Positions 35,625 through 43,362 of a stretch of 49,336 nucleotides of DNA are shown here, in pieces (positions within the stretch are counted from its first letter, which is position 1; each line of letters begins with the position of its first letter). The DNA comes from Escherichia phage FCWL1, in sequence record PP558327; one strand, 5' to 3'. The translations under genes were made by a program, and so were the position numbers. Below the pieces are notes generated by a model. The model saw only the letters and a program-made list of their open reading frames with translations. It made no database searches and was not told where the DNA came from.

Positions 35625-37643
35625 GTGACAATGAACATTAAAAAGCAGATTGCATTACTTGGCGAGGACTATATAAAGCGAACTCAGGAGCGATTCACTG
35701 TCGGTGAGGTTGTTCCTTATCCGTACCAGGTTGTTGCTTATGCTGAGATCGCGAAACGCCTATCAAATTACGAGCATCCATTCTTTGTTAAAGCGTCAGT
35801 ATCTGCTGGTAAGACCATCATTTTTGCTATGGTTGCAAAGCAGTGTCAGAAAATGGGCTTAAAAATGCTCGTTCTGGCTCGCCAGGGTGAGATTGTCGAT
35901 CAGGATAGCGAGGAGATTGACAACTTTGGGGTAACTAACTCCATATTCTCAGCCTCATTAGGTATTAAGTCCTGCTATTTTCCTATCGTGGTAGGCTCAG
36001 AGGGTACTGTTGCAAATGGCCTCGACAATGAGCTTGCTGATTTCGTCCCGCATGTAATTGGGATCGACGAATGTCACCAGGTGGATTGGGAAGACCTTGC
36101 GCAAGCCATTGAGGGCAAGGAAACAATGGAACAAATGAGGGGCGAGAAGGGAAAAATCATCATGGATGGAGATATTCCCCTGATTGGTAATGATGGAAAA
36201 CCTTTGCTTGGGACTAAGCGCAGTCAGTACACAATCGTAATCATGGAAATGATGCGGCGCTGTAAAAAGGTTCACGGTCACGATCTCAGAATATTTGGTA
36301 TGACTGGATCTGAATTTCGTGGCGTAGTTCCTATTCTGGTAGAGAATCCGAAAGCATTGGGATTCTGGCGTGAGCGAGTAACTGATATCGACACAAACTA
36401 TCTGATTGAGTTCGGTTCTGTTGTGCCGACAATATTCGGTTCAACAGACGGAGTTCATTACGATCTGGATAAGTTCAAGGCGTCGAGCGAGGACGGAGTG
36501 CAGGACTTTACAGAGAAAGACATGAAGGCTATGGAAGATGAGATCCTTCATGATAAATCTCTTACTCAGCGAATCATGCAAATGGTTGCCAAAAAGGCTG
36601 AAGAGCGTAACGCGGTACTGATTACATGTGCTGGTGTGCGCCACTGCAAAGAGGCAGCGGCAGCACTTCCTCCGGGAAGCACCTATGCAATTATTACTGG
36701 CGACACAGACAACAAAACGCGCAAGAAGATTCTGGACGATGTAAGGGCCGGAAAAATTAAATACACCTTTCAGGTAATGGCGCTCACTACTGGTGTTAAC
36801 GTTCCAAATTGGGATTTCAGTGTCATACTCCGCAAAATAGGGTCGCTCACACTGTTGATTCAACTTTTGGGTAGGGGTATGCGTCTGCTTAAATCCTGGC
36901 AGGTTGCTGAGGGAATGGTTAAGCAGGACCATCTGGTATGGGATTTCGCAGGTACGATGGATGAGTTGGGCCAGCTTTATTTCGATCCGATACTTGAGCA
37001 GGCGCAATTCCAAAAGCGTTTTGAAAACGGCAAAGATCCGAAAACATGTCCGAAATGCGGTTGCGTAAATAGCTTCTATGCTCGACGATGCGTTAATGTC
37101 ATTGATGGTGAACGTTGTGATCATTTCTGGACTTCTCAGGTTTGTGAGGACCAGGTTGACGAGCGCACCGGAAAAATCCTTGTTAAAGGATGCGGCGCAG
37201 AGAATGACGTTGTGGCCAGAGTCTGTCGTTGCTGTGATGTTTCGCTTGTCGATCCTAACCTGAAGTTATCCGGTAAGGCGTACACTAAGAATGACTGGTA
37301 TGAAGTAAAGAATTTTGAGGTTACGCTAACCAAAAACCAGAAAGGCATAATATACAAATACACTCTTATTAACGATGATGGTGATGAGTTCAAGGCGTAT
37401 GAAAAATTCTTCCCCGAGTCTGACTCTAAGATTTGCGGTACGCTATGGAAAACTAAAGGTGTATTGCCACACGTATCGGATCCTAAAATGCGCCGATACT
37501 TTATCGGAATGAAGAACGCCATCAAGATTTTGCAATACTCACATCATATTGCTCACCCGGTGCGCGTAACTCATCGTCGCAACCAGAAGAAAGAAGATAT
37601 TATCTCACGAAAAGACTTTGGTATGGAGGATATCCCGGAATGA
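35625..37643 (+). CDS. SF2 DNA helicase with C-terminal Zn-ribbon region
   Basis: Walker A SVSAGKT, DECH box (IGIDECHQV), C-terminal CxxC clusters. Confidence 0.75.
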   Translation: MTMNIKKQIALLGEDYIKRTQERFTVGEVVPYPYQVVAYAEIAKRLSNYEHPFFVKASVSAGKTIIFAMVAKQCQKMGLKMLVLARQGEIVDQDSEEIDNFGVTNSIFSASLGIKSCYFPIVVGSEGTVANGLDNELADFVPHVIGIDECHQVDWEDLAQAIEGKETMEQMRGEKGKIIMDGDIPLIGNDGKPLLGTKRSQYTIVIMEMMRRCKKVHGHDLRIFGMTGSEFRGVVPILVENPKALGFWRERVTDIDTNYLIEFGSVVPTIFGSTDGVHYDLDKFKASSEDGVQDFTEKDMKAMEDEILHDKSLTQRIMQMVAKKAEERNAVLITCAGVRHCKEAAAALPPGSTYAIITGDTDNKTRKKILDDVRAGKIKYTFQVMALTTGVNVPNWDFSVILRKIGSLTLLIQLLGRGMRLLKSWQVAEGMVKQDHLVWDFAGTMDELGQLYFDPILEQAQFQKRFENGKDPKTCPKCGCVNSFYARRCVNVIDGERCDHFWTSQVCEDQVDERTGKILVKGCGAENDVVARVCRCCDVSLVDPNLKLSGKAYTKNDWYEVKNFEVTLTKNQKGIIYKYTLINDDGDEFKAYEKFFPESDSKICGTLWKTKGVLPHVSDPKMRRYFIGMKNAIKILQYSHHIAHPVRVTHRRNQKKEDIISRKDFGMEDIPE

Positions 37644-38056
37644 TTACAGACAAAGGTGATTATTTAGAATTTTACGAGAGAGATCCAAGCGACACTCGAA
37701 AGGAGGACGCTCATCAGGTGGATTGTGTATCCTGGCTGAAATACAATTTTCCTCACCTTCTATTTTGGCACACTGTCAATGAAGGTGAAAAAACAATCAC
37801 ATCGGCGCTCAGGGATGAGCAGGCCGGATTACTTAAAGGCGTGTCAGACTTCGTTATCCTGATTGGTGTTAACTCACGATACCCGTTTGCAGCAATCGAA
37901 CTTAAGCGGGTTAATAAGTCAGGCAAAGGAAAGGCGTCACCAGTCAGCGACAAGCAAAGGGAATTTCTCCAAAAGGTCCGGGAGCGTGGCGGCTTCTCTG
38001 CCGTCGCATACGGATTCGGGCAATTCAAGATCGCAATTTACGAAATGATGAAATAG
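37640..38056 (+). CDS. VRR-NUC domain nuclease
   Basis: PD-(D/E)XK-type motif GVSDFVILIG...AAIELKR; ATGA overlap with helicase. Confidence 0.65.
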   Translation: MITDKGDYLEFYERDPSDTRKEDAHQVDCVSWLKYNFPHLLFWHTVNEGEKTITSALRDEQAGLLKGVSDFVILIGVNSRYPFAAIELKRVNKSGKGKASPVSDKQREFLQKVRERGGFSAVAYGFGQFKIAIYEMMK

Positions 38057-38099
38057 CACTTTTTGTTAAAACTGCCGGGATGGAATCTGGCATTATTAT
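38054..38099 (+). promoter_or_regulatory. promoter cassette (TAGCA-CTTTT-TGTTA, hairpin, -10-like ATTATT/TATTAT)
   Basis: Palindrome overlaps VRR-NUC stop; GCC hairpin; leader AAAACGAGAGGAAT. Confidence 0.45.
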
Positions 38100-38123
38100 C
38101 TCACCAAAACGAGAGGAATAAAA

Positions 38124-38837
38124 ATGAAAGACTTTAATGATATCGAAACTATCGACTTTGCAGAAACTGGTTGCTCATTCACTCGCGAAGCAATAGCATC
38201 AGGCGGTTATTATCAGGCATTGAAAACGCCAACCTGCAAAGAGATTTCAGGGCGTCGATACAAGGGGACAAATACCCCTGACGCTGTTCGTGATTTATGG
38301 TCAACCCCGCGCGAGGTTATCGCATACCTTGAGGGTCGTTACGGAAAATATGATCTAGACGCTGCGGCAAGCGAAGAAAATAAAGTTTGCGAGAAGTTTT
38401 ATTCCCAGGAAACAAACTGCTTAAAACGTTGGTGGGGTAAAAATAAGCACGTATGGTTAAATCCTCCTTATAGTCGACCTGATATATTCGTCAAGAAGGC
38501 GATCGAGCAAATGGAGCACAACAATCAGATTGATATTCTGTTGCCTGCCGATAATTCCACAGCGTGGTTTACTGAGGCGAGACAGAACGCGGCTGAGATT
38601 ATCTGGATTGAAGCTGACTTGACTGAAGATATCGACGGTAACGAGTACGCCAGATCTGGTCGCCTGGCTTTCATATCCGGTGAAACTGGAAAGGCGGTTG
38701 ACGGCAATAACAAGGGTTCGGTAATTTTCATAATGCGCGAACTTAAAGAGGGTGAGACACAGCAAACTCACTATATCCCAATCACAAGCATTTGCCCTTC
38801 GGTGAAAAACAAGCGCGCAAAAGTGAGGAAAGTATGA
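38124..38837 (+). CDS. dam: DNA N6-adenine methyltransferase (phage Dam family)
   Basis: Catalytic NPPY motif (VWLNPPYSRPDIF) and conserved LWSTPREV N-terminal motif. Confidence 0.75.
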   Translation: MKDFNDIETIDFAETGCSFTREAIASGGYYQALKTPTCKEISGRRYKGTNTPDAVRDLWSTPREVIAYLEGRYGKYDLDAAASEENKVCEKFYSQETNCLKRWWGKNKHVWLNPPYSRPDIFVKKAIEQMEHNNQIDILLPADNSTAWFTEARQNAAEIIWIEADLTEDIDGNEYARSGRLAFISGETGKAVDGNNKGSVIFIMRELKEGETQQTHYIPITSICPSVKNKRAKVRKV

Positions 38838-39085
38838 TGAACGAGAAAATGATTCCGGTTAAGTTAACTGATCAAGGTTTATGGCTGCTTTATCGAGCTA
38901 CCTGCTGCGAAATCATGGAACAAAACGGATTGACGCAGGATGTTATTGGTTGCGATCTGTGGGAGTTCACTAGCTCTCTTGATATGTCTTTCGATGAGAT
39001 AAAAAATGAATACATAGAGAATTGGCCTTCAATCATACAGAGAGACGTAGAGGAACTTAAAGCTGATATGATCGTTCAGCACTAA
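38834..39085 (+). CDS. hypothetical protein (83 aa)
   Basis: ATGA overlap with dam stop; RBS GAGGAAAG. Confidence 0.45.
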   Translation: MMNEKMIPVKLTDQGLWLLYRATCCEIMEQNGLTQDVIGCDLWEFTSSLDMSFDEIKNEYIENWPSIIQRDVEELKADMIVQH

Positions 39086-39119
39086 TTGCTAAAACTACCC
39101 GGCGAAAGTCGGGTATAGT
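39077..39119 (+). promoter_or_regulatory. promoter cassette (CAGCA-CTAAT-TGCTA, hairpin, TATAGT)
   Basis: 22-bp spacer with CCCGGCGAAAGTCGGG hairpin; leader CATCGAGACGAAATGAGGAAT. Confidence 0.5.
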
Positions 39120-39151
39120 TATTTCATCGAGACGAAATGAGGAATCAAAAG

Positions 39152-39361
39152 ATGGCACGCATTAACGCAAACTTTTTCAATATCGCTCAACAGTCCGCAA
39201 AAATGGCTGTTCATATCACTGACAAGAAAGGCGGCAACTTTGATTGGGATATTGCTATGAACTTCCTTAAAATGGCTTATTACCTCTGCTCAGTCAAAGA
39301 TGTTGAGTGTTTTATTGAAAGCGTGGAGAAACCAACCAATGCTGATAAAAAAACAAGGTAA
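39152..39361 (+). CDS. hypothetical protein (69 aa)
   Basis: ATG after RBS in conserved leader. Confidence 0.4.
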   Translation: MARINANFFNIAQQSAKMAVHITDKKGGNFDWDIAMNFLKMAYYLCSVKDVECFIESVEKPTNADKKTR

Positions 39362-39611
39362 ACGAGAGGTTTGGGATCACGCGAAGGAGTGCGGAATCTC
39401 AGACGATATAGCACTAATAGCAAAATATTTCGATATAAAGGATGTTAGCATCATCTCAAACGGAAAGATTTCATTTATGGAAGATATGCCGAGAAAAATG
39501 CATAGAGTGCCAGCCACCCCATCACTTGAATTTTATCGTGAAGAAGGAAAGAGAATTGAGCGAGAACGAAAAACAGCAAAGAACAACAAGTCTTCCAGGC
39601 TTAAACATTAA
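39339..39611 (+). CDS. hypothetical protein (90 aa)
   Basis: Overlapping ORF; weak RBS. Confidence 0.3.
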   Translation: MLIKKQGKREVWDHAKECGISDDIALIAKYFDIKDVSIISNGKISFMEDMPRKMHRVPATPSLEFYREEGKRIERERKTAKNNKSSRLKH

Positions 39612-39843
39612 CGCAGAAGATTATCAGACTATCTGGATCGGAGAAAAGCAGGTTAAGAAAATCCCTTTCTCTGATTGGTTGCCTCCTGACTTCGTTAATG
39701 TGCTTTGCACCATCGGTATGGAACAGGAGTTGCATATAGGTTATTACTCACCAGGTAGAAACAGCATAATGCTTGAGGTTGATGGGAAACTTGTTGAGTT
39801 TAAATCTTCAGATCTCGGATTCTGGTTAAAGGCTGTGGCATGA
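39442..39843 (+). CDS. hypothetical protein (start uncertain)
   Basis: ORF overlapping previous; true start possibly internal. Confidence 0.3.
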   Translation: MLASSQTERFHLWKICREKCIECQPPHHLNFIVKKERELSENEKQQRTTSLPGLNINAEDYQTIWIGEKQVKKIPFSDWLPPDFVNVLCTIGMEQELHIGYYSPGRNSIMLEVDGKLVEFKSSDLGFWLKAVA

Positions 39844-39921
39844 ATCTTTATTTTGCTGTAGTATTAACACCGCTAATTTCATTTTTAGTAATGTATTTCA
39901 TTATCATGTAAGGATTAAAAT

Positions 39922-41073
39922 ATGTCACAAGCTAAAATCACTACCGAACAACTTGTCGAAGAGCGCATGAACGGCCTAACACTTCGCGAGATCGCGGAAA
40001 AGTACGGTATGCACATTCGAACTGTTGAAGCTCGCCACGCAAAGTTGGCAAAAGAAGGTCACTTCCACGGTAACGAGCATGTTGCTAAGAACGTACCGGA
40101 AGGATTCATGGTAAAAGGCACATCAACGATGATTCGCGGCGATGGGACCGAGGTGGTGCGCTGGGTTAAGACCGATCAGGACCGTGAGAAGATTGCAGCA
40201 ATGATGGAAGCGGCGCGTATTGCATTCTGTGAAGATCTGCCGCGAGCAAAGCCAACTGAGCTACTAACCTCACAAGGGCTTACTACAGCGATGGGTAAGC
40301 TGGCACTCTATCCGGTATTCGATCTTCATATTGGCGCGCTTGCTCATAAGCATGAATGCGGAGAGAACTATTCTACCGATGTAGCGGAAAAAGTGCTGAG
40401 TGACTTCTTTAATTACGCGATCGATATTGCTCCGAACGCAGAGAAGGCTGTTCTGTTAATCGGCGGTGACTTCCTGCACTCTGACGGACTTGATGCAGTT
40501 ACTCCGGCAAGCGGTCACGTTCTTGATCAGGATTCACGATATGCTAAATTGGTGCATGTAGCGATTCGATCGGTGCGACGAGCTATAGACAAAATGCTGA
40601 CGAAACACAAAGAGGTCGAAGTTCAGGTTATCGAAGGAAACCACGACCAGGCCGGGATGATTTGGTTACGCGCAGCAATGGCAGCATACTATGAAGACGA
40701 GCCGCGAGTATTCGTTGACGTCAGTCCTATGATTCTGCATAAGACTCGTTGGGGAAATACCTTGTTGGGATACACTCACGGGCACACTATGAAAAAGGCA
40801 GACACGCGACTTGCAGCGATGGCAGCAGATTTCCGATCGGATTTCGGCGAGAGCAAGTATGTGTATACTCATAGCGGGCACTGGCATCACCAGACAATCA
40901 CTGAGCACTCGCTAGGTATTGATGAAGTACACGGTCAGTTAGGCGCGAAAGATGCATACGCAGCACGCGGAGGGTGGCGCTCATATCGCCAGGCGGCGGT
41001 AATTGTTTACGATAAGCAGTTTGGTGAAATCGGTCGATTCATCTATCGTCCAGAAATGACAGGATCGCACTAA
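39922..41073 (+). CDS. N-terminal HTH fused to calcineurin-like metallophosphoesterase
   Basis: HTH-like LTLREIAEKYGMHIRTVEARHAKL; phosphoesterase motifs DLHIG, GGDFLHSD, GNHD, GHTM, GHWHH. Confidence 0.6.
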   Translation: MSQAKITTEQLVEERMNGLTLREIAEKYGMHIRTVEARHAKLAKEGHFHGNEHVAKNVPEGFMVKGTSTMIRGDGTEVVRWVKTDQDREKIAAMMEAARIAFCEDLPRAKPTELLTSQGLTTAMGKLALYPVFDLHIGALAHKHECGENYSTDVAEKVLSDFFNYAIDIAPNAEKAVLLIGGDFLHSDGLDAVTPASGHVLDQDSRYAKLVHVAIRSVRRAIDKMLTKHKEVEVQVIEGNHDQAGMIWLRAAMAAYYEDEPRVFVDVSPMILHKTRWGNTLLGYTHGHTMKKADTRLAAMAADFRSDFGESKYVYTHSGHWHHQTITEHSLGIDEVHGQLGAKDAYAARGGWRSYRQAAVIVYDKQFGEIGRFIYRPEMTGSH

Positions 41074-41107
41074 TTGATAAAAACGCCCGAAGGGATTCGG
41101 GTATAGT
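41065..41107 (+). promoter_or_regulatory. promoter cassette (degenerate palindrome, hairpin, TATAGT)
   Basis: 22-bp spacer with CCCGAAGGGATTCGGG hairpin; leader CATCGAAAACAAAGAGGAT. Confidence 0.45.
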
Positions 41108-41136
41108 AACCACATCGAAAACAAAGAGGATATATC

Positions 41137-41313
41137 ATGAAGCGAGTTAAGTGCATCCGAAATGACTCCAAAACACTTCCATTCCGCGTAAATCAGATCT
41201 ATAGTGTTGGTTATGATTTCGGTGGGGGATTATTTGAGATTTACGACGGGCGAGGTTCAGCAATTCAGGCTCCTCTGAACGGTAGCTATCTGGAATTTAT
41301 TGCGATAGATTAA
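41137..41313 (+). CDS. small protein (58 aa) of the dispersed KxxC repeat-domain family
   Basis: MKRVKCIRNDSKTLPFRVNQIYSVGYDFGGGLFEIYDGRG; below track threshold; preceded by promoter cassette and RBS. Confidence 0.4.
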   Translation: MKRVKCIRNDSKTLPFRVNQIYSVGYDFGGGLFEIYDGRGSAIQAPLNGSYLEFIAID

Positions 41314-41335
41314 CAATATCATTCATCACCTTACA

Positions 41336-41365
41336 GGCTGGCATGATTTACATGCTAGCCTTTTT
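41336..41365 (+). terminator. intrinsic terminator
   Basis: About 10-bp stem GGCTGGCATG/CATGCTAGCC + T5. Confidence 0.55.
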
Positions 41366-41431
41366 GCGTTGTATCAAGTAAATTTGAAGGTTAAAATCGA
41401 CTCACTTGTTCAAAAAATATATGGTGAGATT

Positions 41432-41647
41432 ATGAAAGAATTTTTAACAGCAGCTACGTCAAGCACGGGCGGTGCTTCATTAGTCGGGGCCGCTACCGGG
41501 CAACTTTATATTGCTGGCGCTACATTCATTTGCTTTCTGCTTTTTGGTGCCTGGGGTGCATACTGGAAGTATCGTGATAGTAAGGCAATTCAGGAAGCGT
41601 TAAACGATGGCGATCTAAATAAGGCGCTTAAGATCAGGGGGAGATAA
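41432..41647 (+). CDS. holin (pinholin-like, two weakly hydrophobic TMDs)
   Basis: 71 aa; Gly/Ala/Ser-rich TMD1 ([15 protein letters not shown]) and hydrophobic TMD2 ([19 protein letters not shown]); immediately upstream of endolysin with overlapping stop/start. Confidence 0.55.
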   Translation: MKEFLTAATSSTGGASLVGAATGQLYIAGATFICFLLFGAWGAYWKYRDSKAIQEALNDGDLNKALKIRGR

Positions 41648-42135
41648 TGAGCTTAAAAAATAACGTTATAGGCGCATCGATCGGGGCTGCTTTGACGTTG
41701 ACACCCACCCTACTGGAACGAATCGAAGGTATAGAATACGAGGTGTATTACGATATAGCCGGAGTCCCTACCGTATGCAGCGGAATAACCGGGCCGGACG
41801 TCATACCTGGTAAGAAATACACTAAGCGAGAATGCGATGCATTGCTGATAAAACATATCGGCGTCGCTCAGCGATACGTTGACAAAAAGGTGAATGTTGA
41901 TATTCCGGTAACGATGCGCGCGTCACTGTACAGCTTCACTTTCAACGTTGGAACTGGCGCGTTCGGATCTTCTACAATGCTTAAGCTAATAAATCAGAGT
42001 AAGCACAAGGAAGCGTGCAATCAGTTATGGCGATGGGTATACTACTACAACCCAAAAACCAAAAAGCGAGAAGTGTCTAGAGGACTCAAGAACCGACGCG
42101 CTGAAGAATACGCGTATTGCGTTAAGGAATTATGA
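41647..42135 (+). CDS. SAR endolysin (T4-lysozyme-like muramidase, GH24)
   Basis: N-terminal Gly/Ala-rich signal-anchor-release segment [19 protein letters not shown]; catalytic E-8x-D-5x-T pattern ([16 protein letters not shown]). Confidence 0.75.
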   Translation: MSLKNNVIGASIGAALTLTPTLLERIEGIEYEVYYDIAGVPTVCSGITGPDVIPGKKYTKRECDALLIKHIGVAQRYVDKKVNVDIPVTMRASLYSFTFNVGTGAFGSSTMLKLINQSKHKEACNQLWRWVYYYNPKTKKREVSRGLKNRRAEEYAYCVKEL

Positions 42136-42536
42136 TGAAACTGAAGAAAACGTGCATTGCGATTACAGTGGCTGTTGGTGTTATTTCTCTATCCGGTTGC
42201 TCTACGGCATCTGCCCTGAGCGGTTTAATCGGATCTAAACCGGAAGTTACAGCACAAATCGGAGAGGAGAACACAAAGCAATTAGCAGGAGTAACCGCAA
42301 AATCCGAAGATAAGCGAGATGTTAAAGTTGAGAAGTCCAATGTAGGAAAGATTGACTCTTCCTTGAAGAAGTCAATTGAAGTGTCAACCATTAAGGCTAA
42401 CACGGTTAACGCTGAAAGCATCACAATAACAAAGCCAGAAAACTGGTACGATGCAATTGTAGGATGGACTCTCGTTTTCATTGGCCTATTGCTGGTTTAT
42501 TTTTCAATTCGTAAGGACGAAAAAAAAGGAGGCTAA
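42132..42536 (+). CDS. unimolecular spanin (OM lipoprotein signal + C-terminal IM transmembrane helix)
   Basis: Lipobox LSGC near N-terminus and C-terminal [21 protein letters not shown], as in the phage T1-type u-spanin; ATGA overlap with endolysin. Confidence 0.7.
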   Translation: MMKLKKTCIAITVAVGVISLSGCSTASALSGLIGSKPEVTAQIGEENTKQLAGVTAKSEDKRDVKVEKSNVGKIDSSLKKSIEVSTIKANTVNAESITITKPENWYDAIVGWTLVFIGLLLVYFSIRKDEKKGG

Positions 42537-42551
42537 GCCTCCTTTTCTTTT
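42520..42551 (+). terminator. terminator hairpin (AGGAGG...CCTCCT) + T-tract after lysis cassette
   Basis: Stem-loop containing spanin stop codon, followed by TTTTCTTTT. Confidence 0.5.
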
Positions 42552-42595
42552 GCGACAAGGAGGGGGAGTTACTCCTTCACGTAAAAAGGTACAAA

Positions 42596-42638
42596 TAGCA
42601 CTTTTTGTTAAAACACCCGATCTCGCATCGGGTATATT
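42596..42638 (+). promoter_or_regulatory. promoter cassette (TAGCA-CTTTT-TGTTA, hairpin, TATATT)
   Basis: 22-bp spacer with CCCGATCTCGCATCGGG hairpin; leader CATCGAAACGAAACG. Confidence 0.5.
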
Positions 42639-42672
42639 TGTTTCATCGAAACGAAACGACCTGAAGGAAAAC

Positions 42673-42891
42673 ATCACGGCTAACAAATTTTTAGTAGTTC
42701 GCGTTTACAATCACTCAAACGGTACTAGCAGTGAGATTCCTACTCTTTACAGTAAAGCTGATGGGTGGACCGAAGAATCAGCGGTAGCTAACGAGAAGAA
42801 GGTTGCTGAGATGTACGGTGACACTTGCGAGTTTGAAGTTCGAGAATATGCAAAACTCACTAACGAGAGTTACATGTGGGCAGATGCATAA
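42673..42891 (+). CDS. hypothetical protein with apparent non-AUG start (ATC/ACG) or start-codon mutation
   Basis: Conserved cassette and GAAGGA SD present but the codon at the expected start position is ATC-ACG; ORF open to 42891. Confidence 0.3.
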   Translation: MTANKFLVVRVYNHSNGTSSEIPTLYSKADGWTEESAVANEKKVAEMYGDTCEFEVREYAKLTNESYMWADA

Positions 42892-42927
42892 AGATTATGC
42901 TCGCTTTCGTTACTGGCCCTCATTGAA

Positions 42928-43362
42928 GTGAGTAACAGACTCAACAACCCTTGCATGCTGCTTCTTCTAGATCTGTTCATATTCTGCGAAGGTTACGACA
43001 AATACACTCGACAGCACATAGCGAAATTTATATACGCCCACAAGGAAAGTGAGCGATTTGCTAAGGCTGCTGGAATGACTCGCCGTGAATTTACAAGCGC
43101 GCTATCTAAGGAGTTTTGCGCTCGTTGCGTGACTGAGGGTTACTTAGATCGCAAGGATGGAGTTTACTGGTGCAAGGGAAAGATTAAGCGCCCGGTAATG
43201 ATGAAGCTGATGTGTATTGATGGCTACAACAATCGGTATACGTGGGAAATGATGCACATTGGAGAGATGAGTGATGAAGATTTGTTTGGCGAACGTAGAA
43301 ACATTGATAGATCGGAACGTCGAATTGTGCGCAAGGCTCCAGCTTACGAAAGAAGAATTTGA
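42928..43362 (+). CDS. hypothetical protein (144 aa)
   Basis: GTG-initiated ORF; basic C-terminus. Confidence 0.4.
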   Translation: MSNRLNNPCMLLLLDLFIFCEGYDKYTRQHIAKFIYAHKESERFAKAAGMTRREFTSALSKEFCARCVTEGYLDRKDGVYWCKGKIKRPVMMKLMCIDGYNNRYTWEMMHIGEMSDEDLFGERRNIDRSERRIVRKAPAYERRI

